DNA from: Lysobacterales bacterium
GTDB taxonomy: Bacteria > Pseudomonadota > Gammaproteobacteria > Xanthomonadales > SZUA-5
Direction of reading: 5' to 3'
NCBI GenBank assembly: GCA_022844165.1
Contig: JALHMH010000037.1
Coordinates: forward strand, 1-47,583
DNA: 47,583 bases
Both the position numbers and the translations under genes were made by a program. This document shows positions 8,914 through 18,101 of this stretch, in pieces (within the stretch, counting starts at the first letter, position 1; each line of letters begins with the position of its first letter). Under the pieces are notes generated by a model. That model searched no databases and had not been told where the DNA came from. It saw only the letters and a program-made list of their open reading frames with translations.

Positions 8914-10377
8914 ATGCATAGGACTGGGGCGGGGATGCTGCTGGCGCTGATTGCGCCAGCAGCAGTGGCAGCAACCTTTCAGGTTGACACGGTGCTGGAT
9001 GCACGCGATGCCAATCTGGCAGACGGTTTGTGCGCGAGTGCGCAGGGCAGCTGCAGTTTGCGCGCTGCGATCGAGCAGGCAAACGCGCTGGACGGCAATG
9101 ATGTGATTCAGCTGCCCAACGGAGAGTACCTGCTGACGCTGGCCGGCGCGAACGAGGACGGTTCGGCGAGCGGTGATTTGGACATCAGCAGCACCCTATC
9201 GATTCTCGCAAACGACGCGGCTGCGACCCGCATCGTGGGCAGCGGCGATCGCGTGCTGGATGTTCAACTCGGCGCGATTGCCGCCATCACGCGCGTGACC
9301 GTGACCGGTGGTGGCGGCGTCGCCGCGGGCGGCGGTATCCGCAACGCCGGAACGCTGGTGTTGACCGGCTGCGAGGTCACAGGCAACGGTGGCGACGGTC
9401 GCGCGGTGACCAACGGCGGCGGAATTTTCAATCTCGGTGTGCTGACCTTGGCCGGAGGCGTCGTTAGCTCCAACCAGGTGCAAAGCAACGGTCCGATTCC
9501 AGTCGCCGGAGCAGGCATTTATTCCACCACCGGCATGCTGCTCACCGGAGTCAGAGTCGATAACAACAACGCGGTCGGCAACAACGCGGTGGGCGGCGGA
9601 ATTCAGGCGCTGGCACCGGGCATTGTGCAAATCGTGAGCGGTAGCGTGATCGGCAATCAGGCGGCTCAGGGCGCCGGCATCCAGGTTGCAGGTGCCGACG
9701 TCAACTTGAACGGCGTAATCGTTGCGGCCAACAGCGCCACGCGCTCCGGCGCTGGCGCACGCGTGCTGAGCGGTGCGCTGGTGCTGACCAACACCACCTT
9801 CAGTGGCAACAGCGCAAATGAGGACGGCGGTGGTGTCGCGCTCAATGGCGGCAACCTGAGCGGCTACAGCGTGACCTTCGCCGACAATCTCGCCGACGCC
9901 GATCTGAATGGCAGTGGCGGCGGTGGTGGTATTGCGCAAAGCGGCGGCGCGACGGCGCAGTTGCTCAACAGCATTGTGGCCAGCAATCGGGATGGCTCGC
10001 CAACCGGCACCCCGGCCACCGATTGCCTCGGAACGCTCGGTTCCGGCGGGTTCAATCTGGTGGGTACTACACAAGGTTGCAACTTTGTCGCTTTAGACAC
10101 CGATCAAGTCAATGTCGACGCGGGCCTGGCAGCGCTGGCGAACAACGGCGGCGCAACGCCCACGCACGCGCTCCTGGTGAACAGCCTGGCGTTGGACGCG
10201 GGCGATCCAGCCGGATGTCTGGATTCCACGATGCAGGCTTTGCTCACCGATCAGCGTGGTTTGCCGCGCATTCGCGACGGCAATGCCGATGGCATGGCGC
10301 GCTGCGACAGCGGCGCGTTTGAGCTGCAGCCCGAATCAATCGACCCCATTTTTGCCAACGGATTCGAAATCCCATGA
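8914..10377 (+). CDS. Secreted CSLREA-domain beta-helix protein with choice-of-anchor Q-like region and DPIFANGFE tail
   Basis: Signal peptide; CSLRAAIEQAN; repeated GGGI..N / N.A..GGG units; NNGGATPTHALLVNSLALDAG...DQRG...CDSGAFE. Confidence 0.85.
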   Translation: MHRTGAGMLLALIAPAAVAATFQVDTVLDARDANLADGLCASAQGSCSLRAAIEQANALDGNDVIQLPNGEYLLTLAGANEDGSASGDLDISSTLSILANDAAATRIVGSGDRVLDVQLGAIAAITRVTVTGGGGVAAGGGIRNAGTLVLTGCEVTGNGGDGRAVTNGGGIFNLGVLTLAGGVVSSNQVQSNGPIPVAGAGIYSTTGMLLTGVRVDNNNAVGNNAVGGGIQALAPGIVQIVSGSVIGNQAAQGAGIQVAGADVNLNGVIVAANSATRSGAGARVLSGALVLTNTTFSGNSANEDGGGVALNGGNLSGYSVTFADNLADADLNGSGGGGGIAQSGGATAQLLNSIVASNRDGSPTGTPATDCLGTLGSGGFNLVGTTQGCNFVALDTDQVNVDAGLAALANNGGATPTHALLVNSLALDAGDPAGCLDSTMQALLTDQRGLPRIRDGNADGMARCDSGAFELQPESIDPIFANGFEIP

Positions 10378-12179
10378 AACGTAGAGAATTTATTGCGAGC
10401 AGCATCGCGATGAGCGCAACGCCGCTAACCGCCAGCGCCATGGACCCGATCTTGAGCAACGGTTTCGAGTTGCCGCGAAAACCCAATATCTTGTTCATTC
10501 TGGTCGATGAAATGCGTTTTCCAATGCACTTCCCGATGCCCGGAATGACCTGGCAGCAGTTCATCGCCAACACCATGCCCAACCTTTGGCGAGTCTGGTC
10601 GCAAGCGGTGAGTTTCAATGATCATCACACCGCCGCGACCGCCTGCACACCATCGCGCGCCTGCCTGATGACCGGGCTTTACGCGCACCAGCACTTTCAA
10701 CTCACCACACTCGCGCCGAACACCGCCTCGCAAGGCAGTGGACTTGGTCCACAACTGCCTGTGGATTACCCAACCCTGGGCACCATCATGGCTGACTTGG
10801 GATACAGCAACTGGTATTTCGGCAAATGGCATTTGTCGTTTTCCGGCAATGATCCGGCGCTCGATGCCGGCGGCGCCAGCTACCTCACGCCTTACACTTA
10901 CCCAGGTAGCAGCTATCTGAGCGACTATGGTTTCAATGGCGGCTGTTATCCCGATCCGGATGGCCACACGCCAGCTTCGGCGGCTCAAGGCGATCCGCAT
11001 ATCGTCGATGGATTCTTGCGCTGGTATCAGCAGACGCGCCCGAGCTTGAGCGCGCCCTGGTTTGCCACTGTGTCGCTGCTGAACCCACATGATATGCAAT
11101 TCTTCTGGGACGGTCCCTTTGATGACCCCACGCGCACCACTCGACGCGATGGCACTGGCAGCGAATGGGTGCCATTGGACTTGGCGTCGATCCCGACTTT
11201 GTATCAGGAGCGTGCACCGAATTGGCAAGTGCAACCACAGGCCGGGGCGCCCGCAGTGATCGGCGATACCGCACGCTTGCAAGACATCATCAACGGCGCG
11301 ATCAGTGCCAGTGGCGATGGTTTTGCCGTGGCCTCGATTTCGCCACCGCTCAACGTGCCGAACGCGCCCACCACCTACACGATCGCGCCGCAAAGTTATT
11401 GGACGCGCGCGCTCGACTATTACTGCGCGCTGATGACGCAACTCGACGGTGAAATCGGTCGCGTACTCGATGCGGTGGCCAACACCGACACACTGATCGT
11501 GTTCACCTCCGACCACGGAGATTTCGCTGGATCGCACGGCCTGATCGGCAAAGGCTACAGCGGTTACCGCGAGAGCACGCATGTGCCGTTTTTTGTCTAC
11601 GATCCGCGCGGCCAGTACACGGGCGAAACCAACGTCCCAAGAACTGGATTGACTTCTAGCGTCGACGTGCTGCCGATGATTGCCACTCTCGGCAATCGCG
11701 GCAGCACCTCCTGGCGCGATGGCAACGTGCGTTATGCGCAGCTCTTTGGCACTCGCCATAACGTTTTTGCGATGCTGCGCTCAGCCAGTGCCAACGGGCG
11801 CAGTTTTGTATTGCAGACCTACGATGAGCCTCTGGGGACGATGAACGCCGCACACGTCATTTCTTTGCGCACCGCGACCGGGCTCTATGTGGGGTACTAC
11901 AACTGGCCAACGATCGGGGGCCCACTACCGGCGCCAAGCAGCGAGCAGTATTTCGCTGCCAGCGATGTTTTGGAACTCAACAATCTGGCTGGCAGTCCGG
12001 CTGCGATCAGCGCCGCGCAACAGCTGACGGACTTGATCAACACCGAGCTGCGCGCGCCACTGCCGCTCAACCTACAGCCCGTTCGAGCGCAAATGATCAA
12101 TCGCTACGAGCAGTACAGCACCATCGTTGCGCCCTCGAATTTCCTGGGGATCATGGTCTTCAACCAGGTGAACTGGTAA
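10374..12179 (+). CDS. Tat-exported formylglycine-type sulfatase family protein
   Basis: KRREFI twin-arginine motif; KPNILFILVDE; CTPSRACLMTG; GKWHL; FTSDHG; ATGA overlap with the upstream stop. Confidence 0.9.
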   Translation: MKRREFIASSIAMSATPLTASAMDPILSNGFELPRKPNILFILVDEMRFPMHFPMPGMTWQQFIANTMPNLWRVWSQAVSFNDHHTAATACTPSRACLMTGLYAHQHFQLTTLAPNTASQGSGLGPQLPVDYPTLGTIMADLGYSNWYFGKWHLSFSGNDPALDAGGASYLTPYTYPGSSYLSDYGFNGGCYPDPDGHTPASAAQGDPHIVDGFLRWYQQTRPSLSAPWFATVSLLNPHDMQFFWDGPFDDPTRTTRRDGTGSEWVPLDLASIPTLYQERAPNWQVQPQAGAPAVIGDTARLQDIINGAISASGDGFAVASISPPLNVPNAPTTYTIAPQSYWTRALDYYCALMTQLDGEIGRVLDAVANTDTLIVFTSDHGDFAGSHGLIGKGYSGYRESTHVPFFVYDPRGQYTGETNVPRTGLTSSVDVLPMIATLGNRGSTSWRDGNVRYAQLFGTRHNVFAMLRSASANGRSFVLQTYDEPLGTMNAAHVISLRTATGLYVGYYNWPTIGGPLPAPSSEQYFAASDVLELNNLAGSPAAISAAQQLTDLINTELRAPLPLNLQPVRAQMINRYEQYSTIVAPSNFLGIMVFNQVNW

Positions 12180-12218
12180 GGATATGGTTGCGATCAGATG
12201 TTTGTCCCCCATCGATCA

Positions 12219-13037
12219 CTACGATGGCCGATCCGAACGGGCATTGCTACGGAACGGAAACCACAATTGCGCCCAATAGCCTTTGGGCACGGGCGGTGCA
12301 TCGACACCGAAGCGCTTCGGTGTCACGCCCGCGGGCATATGAAAGGTTCCGAACAACAAATCCCATAGCGGCAGCAGGCCGGCAAAATTCTTGTCGCGAC
12401 CTTCGGCTTCGCTGGTGTGATGCCAGCGATGAAATGCCGGGGTCGCGATCAGATATTGCAGCGGCCCAAAATCGGCGCGCACATTGGCATGCAGAAAGAT
12501 CGCGTACAGCGTCAAGAAGGGCTGGTAAGCGGCGACCGCAATCGGCGAAAAACCTAATCCTGCTAACACCACGGCTTAAGCCACACGGTTGCCTAGATCG
12601 TTGAGCGGATGCACACGAACTGCGGCCAGCCAGTCCAGGTGCTCGCTCGAATGATGCACGGCGTGCACGCGCCACAGCCATCCGCGATGGAAAAGGCGAT
12701 GCGTCCAATAGCCGACAAAGTCACCCAGCACGATGATCGCAATGGCCTGCATCGGCAGCGACCATTGCGCCAAAGGCCCATAACCAGCGAGAACGCTTTC
12801 GCGCGTCAGTGGCCTGCCGAGCAGTGCGAACAAGGGAATCAGCGCCAACACCATACCGATGCGCGTGACTGAACGCGTCAGCAGGGGGGTGGTCAACCAG
12901 TAGATCACGTCGGTGCCATAGCCCGGCCGCAACATCCGTTGCCCGACAATCGCCGGTCGCAAACGTTCGATCACACCGAACACCAGTGCTAAGATGCCGA
13001 AGGCGATCAAGGTGCCCAGTAAGGTGGGATCCCGCAT
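12219..13037 (-). pseudogene. Sterol desaturase / fatty acid hydroxylase family gene with one in-frame TAA
   Basis: ORFs 12576-13043 and 12219-12572 are in the same frame, separated by TAA at 12576-12578 (NRVA*AVVLAG). His boxes HRLFH and HAVHH lie before the stop, HAN and HRWHH after it. Confidence 0.85.
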
Positions 13038-13082
13038 GCGCACTCGCGTTCTAAATCGGGTGTCGGGTTCGGATCGAACTTC

Positions 13083-14489
13083 TCAGGGTTGCGAGGTGCA
13101 ATTCGGTGGCTGAGAAACGTTGAAGCTTTGCACCACTGCGCCCGGCGAACGGCCGGCAAGCCAATCGGCAAGTACGTTGAGCATCGCAAGTCTGCGCCCG
13201 TCGGGCAGCACCACCAAGTCGTTAAACATGGGCTCATTGTGCTGCAAGGCTTCGTGCGCTCCGCATTGCGGGCCAAAGCTGGCGGGCCGCGCCAATGGGC
13301 CCGGTGGGCGCGGCTCTTCGGTCTGTGTGAGCAAGGGCAAACGTCGCAACTGCAGCTCATGCAGGCTTCCGTACAGTGCTCTATCGATGGGCACGCCCAT
13401 GAAGGAAAATCCGGTCTCGATCGTGTTGCCCATGACCAGCCGGTCTTGCAAATCGGCACGGGCAAACACCGGCGTCGTTAGATGATTTTCGATGACATAG
13501 CCGTCGTCCGCGCAACGCCACGCATCGCCACGGGCTTCGTGAATGCGCACGCAAGATTCATCGGCCAATCCGCGACGGAAGTTGATCTGCGTTTCTTCCC
13601 AGCGAAAACGCATGCTGCGCTCGTAGCTGCAGTTCGCAGGATCTTCCACCCCGCACGCGCTGGTGTTGGCGTGATCGAGTTCTCTAGTCGACAGTCCATA
13701 AGATGCATCCAGAACCGCGGCGTAAGTGAGTGGGCACGACGGACCTGGGCAACCCAGGCGCGCCGCGTGCAATTGCTCGCCAATGCGGTCTGCGTTGGCC
13801 CGCACACCATTACCACCGGCAGAGGATCCGGCGAAGAGTAAGGTGTCGGCCTGATCCAGATCCGGCAAGGTCCGTCGCACACCGTTAGCTTCGTTGTAGC
13901 TCACGCTACCGCTGCGCAGAAAGTCGAAAACCGCATCGACGATATGGGCGCCCATCAGATGCAAACGGTATGTGGTGGGCACGCCTTGATGATTCGCTTC
14001 AACAACCTGATCGCGCGCACGACCGCTCCAACCGTCGGAGCTGCAGTAGTAGACAAACACTTGATTCCAGGTCGCGAAAGGATTGCGCGGATCGCGCCCG
14101 CCTATGCCGCCCGTTGCCATGCCACCGGTTGGCGCAAAACGCGCCGAAAGTTTGTCAGCGCCAAAATTTCCGTCCCGGCCGCGCCAGCGTGCATGGCAGT
14201 CCTCGCCGGAGTTGCACGAGCCGCCGCCCTGCAGGAACACCACCCATTTGTTCCGGCTCGCCGAAACTGACGCTGAGCGTACGAATATCGGTGGCACCGT
14301 GCCATCGGCGCACAGCGCATCCGGGTAGCGCTCGGAGGGTAGTTCGACACGCAGCAGATCCGACCCACGCGCGACGCCACCCGCAGCACCCGCGATGCCG
14401 GGTCCGAAGGCTTCTGGCAACGTCGGGGCGGCGCCGTGTAGTGCCTGGACCGGTAGAAGCAAAAGAGCAAACAGCAACGGGCGGAACAT
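13083..14489 (-). CDS. Secreted pectinacetylesterase / Notum-family hydrolase
   Basis: Signal peptide; CADGT, FLQGGGSC, YCSSDGWSG, GSSAGG nucleophile elbow; Cys-rich. Confidence 0.8.
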   Translation of the reverse strand: MFRPLLFALLLLPVQALHGAAPTLPEAFGPGIAGAAGGVARGSDLLRVELPSERYPDALCADGTVPPIFVRSASVSASRNKWVVFLQGGGSCNSGEDCHARWRGRDGNFGADKLSARFAPTGGMATGGIGGRDPRNPFATWNQVFVYYCSSDGWSGRARDQVVEANHQGVPTTYRLHLMGAHIVDAVFDFLRSGSVSYNEANGVRRTLPDLDQADTLLFAGSSAGGNGVRANADRIGEQLHAARLGCPGPSCPLTYAAVLDASYGLSTRELDHANTSACGVEDPANCSYERSMRFRWEETQINFRRGLADESCVRIHEARGDAWRCADDGYVIENHLTTPVFARADLQDRLVMGNTIETGFSFMGVPIDRALYGSLHELQLRRLPLLTQTEEPRPPGPLARPASFGPQCGAHEALQHNEPMFNDLVVLPDGRRLAMLNVLADWLAGRSPGAVVQSFNVSQPPNCTSQP

Positions 14490-14585
14490 GGCGAACTCCG
14501 GGTCTGTGCGCAACTCGGTCAACGCATGACCGCAGCTCTCGTTGACATCCGATTTGCGGGACCTCGCAGATGCGGCCGAATCGCG

Positions 14586-15491
14586 TCAGTCGACGGGTTC
14601 AGCACCCGCGTGCCCTCGCACATGCTCCACGATCCCCGCGGCGATCTGATCGAGTGCCCACAGCGGCAAGTCGTGGCCCATGCCTTCGATCCACTGCAAC
14701 CGCGATCCGGCAATGCACGATTGCAGCGTCGTGGCAGCCGGTGGCGGCACGAGTGGATCGACGCTGCCGTGCATGATCAGCGTTGGCGTGGCCAGCTTTC
14801 GCAGTTGCGCACGACGGTCCGGCGCGGCGCACACGGCGAGCAGTTGCCGGGCCGTGCCGCGCGGGCGATAAGCGCGCCGGATGGATCGATCCAGGCGCTG
14901 TCGCAACCGGTCGATTTCGGTGGAGTCGCGGTGTGCGCCGAGCACCGTAAACAGCTGCACATAGTGCTCGACAATGTGTTTGTGAGTCGCGTTTGCAGGC
15001 GGGGCGCTGAGCATCTTGCGCAACACCGCCAACCGCGGAAACGGCGCCGCGCGCGGTCCTGCGCTCGACATGATCGATATATGCGTTAGCACCCGGTGCG
15101 GCGCGCGCAGGCACATTTGCTGAGCAATCATGCCGCCCATGCTGGCGCCAGCAACATGACAGGTTTGCACACCAAGCGCATCGAGCAACGCCAGCGTGTC
15201 GTCCGCCATGTCGTCGAGCGTGTACGGCGCGCGAACAGGCAGTCCCATCGCGTAACGCAGCCCTTCGCGAGGGACGTTCGCGGTGTATTGATCGAATCCG
15301 CCGGACAAACCGATATCGCGATTGTCGAAGGTCAGCACACGCAACCGGTTTCCAGTCAAACGCTCGATCAGCGGCTGTGGCCAGGCCAACCGCTGCATCC
15401 CCAGGCCCATGATCAGTACCAGCACTGGACCGCTGGTCGCGTGCCACTCCGCGTCGATGTGCAGGTGTCGCTGTGGCAGTTCGATCCGCAT
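14586..15491 (-). CDS. Alpha/beta fold hydrolase
   Basis: LIMGLGMQ, FDNRDIGLS, GASMGG, HGSVDPLV, GMGHDL. Confidence 0.92.
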   Translation of the reverse strand: MRIELPQRHLHIDAEWHATSGPVLVLIMGLGMQRLAWPQPLIERLTGNRLRVLTFDNRDIGLSGGFDQYTANVPREGLRYAMGLPVRAPYTLDDMADDTLALLDALGVQTCHVAGASMGGMIAQQMCLRAPHRVLTHISIMSSAGPRAAPFPRLAVLRKMLSAPPANATHKHIVEHYVQLFTVLGAHRDSTEIDRLRQRLDRSIRRAYRPRGTARQLLAVCAAPDRRAQLRKLATPTLIMHGSVDPLVPPPAATTLQSCIAGSRLQWIEGMGHDLPLWALDQIAAGIVEHVRGHAGAEPVD

Positions 15492-15617
15492 CGCTCGCGT
15501 TCCCGAATCCTCGTGCGTTGCGCTACAGCGCGAAGCTTCTTGCCGTACCCAGCCGACGCTTCGACTCGAGCAGCGGCAACAGACGTTCGATCTGCTTGCG
15601 GCAAAGAGCCACGCCAA

Positions 15618-17087
15618 TCAATCCGCTGGCACCGTGCGTTCGGCCGCCCAGGCGCGCAACGACGAGACCTTCTCCGCCATCACGACCGACAGTGGCCGCG
15701 TTTGCCGCAATTCATCGAGCAAGTGCCGCTGATCGAGCGTCGCATTTTCGCCATGCGCAGCGTAGAGCGAAGCGACAATGGCTTGTTCGATTTCCGCGCC
15801 AGAAAAACCCTCGCTGGCCGTTGCGAGTTCGGCAAGATTGAACTGCTCGACGGGCAAATTGCGGCGCTGCAAGTGCACACGTAGCAATTCCTCACGCATC
15901 TCGGCGCTCGGCAAATCGACAAAAAAGATCTCATCGAAGCGACCCTTGCGCAGCAACTCCGGCGGCAGCTGGTCGATGGCGTTGGCCGTCGCGACAAGGA
16001 AAATTTTCGCCTTGCGCTCGCTCATCCACGTCAGAAAGTAACCCAGAATTCGCCGCGAAACACCATCGTCGCTGCTGGACGTGGCGAAGGCTTTTTCGAT
16101 CTCGTCGATCCACAGCACGCAGGGCGCCATCAGTTCCGCCTGACCCAAACTCTGGCGCAGGTTCTTTTCCGTTTCGCCGTGATATTTGTTGTAGATGCTG
16201 CCCATATCCAGCCGCAGCAGCGGCACTTGGAATCCACCCGCGGTGGCTTTGGCAGCAAGGCTCTTGCCGGTTCCCTGCACACCCAGCAGCAGGATGCCCT
16301 TCGGCGGATCAAGCTGCGAGGGCGCGGTACCGAGAAAGACCGGCCGGCGCTGTTCGATCCAGCGTTTCAGTCGGCGCAGACCAGCGACCTCGTTGAAGCC
16401 GACGGACTCGTACTCAAAGCTGAGCACGCCGGATTTGTTCAACAGGTCGAATTTGGCCTTGGCAACGGCCGGCAAATCGGCATCGGTGATCATGCCATCG
16501 GTCGCGATGATGCGCCGCGCGATGCGTCTGGCGTCGGATGCTCCCAGCCCCTTCAGATTACGAACCACGGCTTTGAGTGCGCTGGCATGGACCTGCACCC
16601 GCTTGCCGGCATTCTCGCGCGAGTACTGCGTGGCTTCTTCGCGCACGATGCGGTCGAGTTCCTGATCGTTCGGCAGTTCCAGTTTGAAGTTGACCGCTAG
16701 TGCTTCAATGTCCTTGGGAATCTCCAACTGCGCACCGATCAACGCCACGGTATGCGCTGCGGTTCCATGCCGCAGCGCAATCTCGCGCATTTGCCGGAGC
16801 GTGACCACGTATTTCAGGAACGGCGTGTAGTCGAGCAGCAGAAACACGCTTTTCTGCGACGTCTGGGTGATGACGTCGAGTACCTCAGACGAACTCATCG
16901 GCTTGGCCGGCGCATCCATATCGAGCCGGCGCAACCCGGTGGTGATGCTCCAGATGTACAACGGCCTGAGTATTTGTTGAAGCGCACGCTGAAACGCGGC
17001 GATCGCTTCCATTTCTTCCTGGGTTTCGAGCGCCAGTAGCGGCGTCTCCGCGCGCAGCAAAGCAGCAAGGTCTTGATGTTCGTTCAT
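15618..17087 (-). CDS. AAA family ATPase, Ycf46-like
   Basis: Walker A GVQGTGKS, Walker B WIDEIEK, ATAN...LLRKGRFDEIFFVDLP, GFSGAEIEQ. Confidence 0.92.
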   Translation of the reverse strand: MNEHQDLAALLRAETPLLALETQEEMEAIAAFQRALQQILRPLYIWSITTGLRRLDMDAPAKPMSSSEVLDVITQTSQKSVFLLLDYTPFLKYVVTLRQMREIALRHGTAAHTVALIGAQLEIPKDIEALAVNFKLELPNDQELDRIVREEATQYSRENAGKRVQVHASALKAVVRNLKGLGASDARRIARRIIATDGMITDADLPAVAKAKFDLLNKSGVLSFEYESVGFNEVAGLRRLKRWIEQRRPVFLGTAPSQLDPPKGILLLGVQGTGKSLAAKATAGGFQVPLLRLDMGSIYNKYHGETEKNLRQSLGQAELMAPCVLWIDEIEKAFATSSSDDGVSRRILGYFLTWMSERKAKIFLVATANAIDQLPPELLRKGRFDEIFFVDLPSAEMREELLRVHLQRRNLPVEQFNLAELATASEGFSGAEIEQAIVASLYAAHGENATLDQRHLLDELRQTRPLSVVMAEKVSSLRAWAAERTVPAD

Positions 17088-17210
17088 CGAATCAGCATAG
17101 CGGGGTTACTTGAAGAGTGGTTGGGTACTGCTGGTCTTTGTTTGCCTGTTGCCGTTGGTACGTCGTGGAATGGCGAGATGAAGGACGGTGAAATGACGCC
17201 GAGCATGGGT

Positions 17211-17240
17211 TTGACTGTCCGGCGCAGGCCCGGCTATGCT
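17211..17240 (+). promoter_or_regulatory. Sigma70 promoter of rpsT
   Basis: TTGACT, 18 bp spacer, TATGCT, about 40 bp upstream of the start. Confidence 0.7.
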
Positions 17241-17281
17241 CCGCGGTCTTTTTCGCCCTTTACAGCTTTGGAGTTTCATTC

Positions 17282-17557
17282 GTGGCCAATATCAAGTCAG
17301 CAAAGAAGCGCGCACGTCAGGCCGACAAGCGCAATGCGCATAACGCCAGCGTCCGTTCGATGCTGCGCACTGCGATCAAGAAAGTGGTCAAAGCCATCGA
17401 CGGCGGCGACGCAACAGCGGCGACGGAAGCGCTCAAGAGTGCAACGCCGATCATCGATCGAATCGCTGCGCATGGCCATATCCATCGCAACAAGGCAGCG
17501 CGCCATAAGAGCAGGCTGACGATCGCAATCCGAAAGTTGAGCCAACCGGCTGCCTGA
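17282..17557 (+). CDS. rpsT: 30S ribosomal protein S20
   Basis: GTG start, GGAG RBS; [13 protein letters not shown]...[12 protein letters not shown]. Confidence 0.98.
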   Translation: MANIKSAKKRARQADKRNAHNASVRSMLRTAIKKVVKAIDGGDATAATEALKSATPIIDRIAAHGHIHRNKAARHKSRLTIAIRKLSQPAA

Positions 17558-17573
17558 TCGACAGTTATTGGGC

Positions 17574-17603
17574 AAAAAAAGCCGGCTCATCGCCGGCTTT
17601 TTT
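17574..17603. terminator. Bidirectional intrinsic terminator between rpsT and pilE
   Basis: A7-gccggc-tcatc-gccggc-T6 between convergent genes. Confidence 0.9.
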
Positions 17604-17626
17604 GTGCACCAAGATTGCTTCGGCGT

Positions 17627-18040
17627 TTACCAGCAGGACCCGTTCGTATCGTCCCCGCTCTGACCCTTCGCGCCCGCATTATTGACGGTCAGATTGCCGC
17701 ACTTGTCGCTGACTTGCCTGCCCTGCGGTACAACTTCCAGCAAAAAGGTCTGGTCGCCAGCACCGAGGATAACGCGGGCGGTGTAAAAGCCTTGCTCAGA
17801 GAGGTTGGTCAGAGATAATCCGGCAGCCCCAGTGATGTCCGCGGTGTAGCGGTTGAAGTTCGTATAGAAGCGTTCTTGAGCCGCCGCAACACGCATTCCG
17901 AATTCGCGACCATCTGCGCGATTGGCCCGAAGTACATAGTTCGTGTAGCTCGGATACGCCAGCGCCGCCAGAATAGCAACGATGCCGACAACAACGATGA
18001 GTTCGATGATTGTGAAGCCGGTCTGGCGAGACGAGTTCAT
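17627..18040 (-). CDS. pilE: Type IV minor pilin PilE
   Basis: Prepilin site G/FTIIE; AYPSY..YV.RA.R; QERFY; C-terminal Cys pair ending CW. Confidence 0.92.
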   Translation of the reverse strand: MNSSRQTGFTIIELIVVVGIVAILAALAYPSYTNYVLRANRADGREFGMRVAAAQERFYTNFNRYTADITGAAGLSLTNLSEQGFYTARVILGAGDQTFLLEVVPQGRQVSDKCGNLTVNNAGAKGQSGDDTNGSCW

Positions 18041-18060
18041 AGTTCCACCCTGAGAATTCC

Positions 18061-18090
18061 AAAACCGCGCTGACCGATCGGCCAGCGCGG
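18061..18090 (-). terminator. Hairpin plus short U-tract between pilY1 and pilE
   Basis: Minus strand ccgcgctggccgatcggtcagcgcgg followed by TTTT. Confidence 0.55.
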
Positions 18091-18101
18091 GCATCCAACC
18101 C

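Noticed and set aside
9280-9960. Recurring ggcggc/aac-rich repeats as a DNA repeat array
   Set aside because: Explained by Gly/Asn-rich beta-helix coding repeats; there is no constant repeat-spacer structure.
10425-11759. Long antisense ORFs (this 444-aa one; also 9196-10074, 29629-30606, 31053-32012, 38848-39963)
   Set aside because: They shadow well-supported genes, have no motifs, and are expected from GC-rich codon bias.
12560-12590. Programmed frameshift or selenocysteine/pyrrolysine recoding in the desaturase
   Set aside because: Both halves are in one frame and the stop is TAA, not TGA or TAG.
15618-17087. AAA ATPase (or the macrodomain and TatD genes) as an anti-phage system
   Set aside because: These genes are far apart among housekeeping neighbours, with no adjacent effector or toxin.
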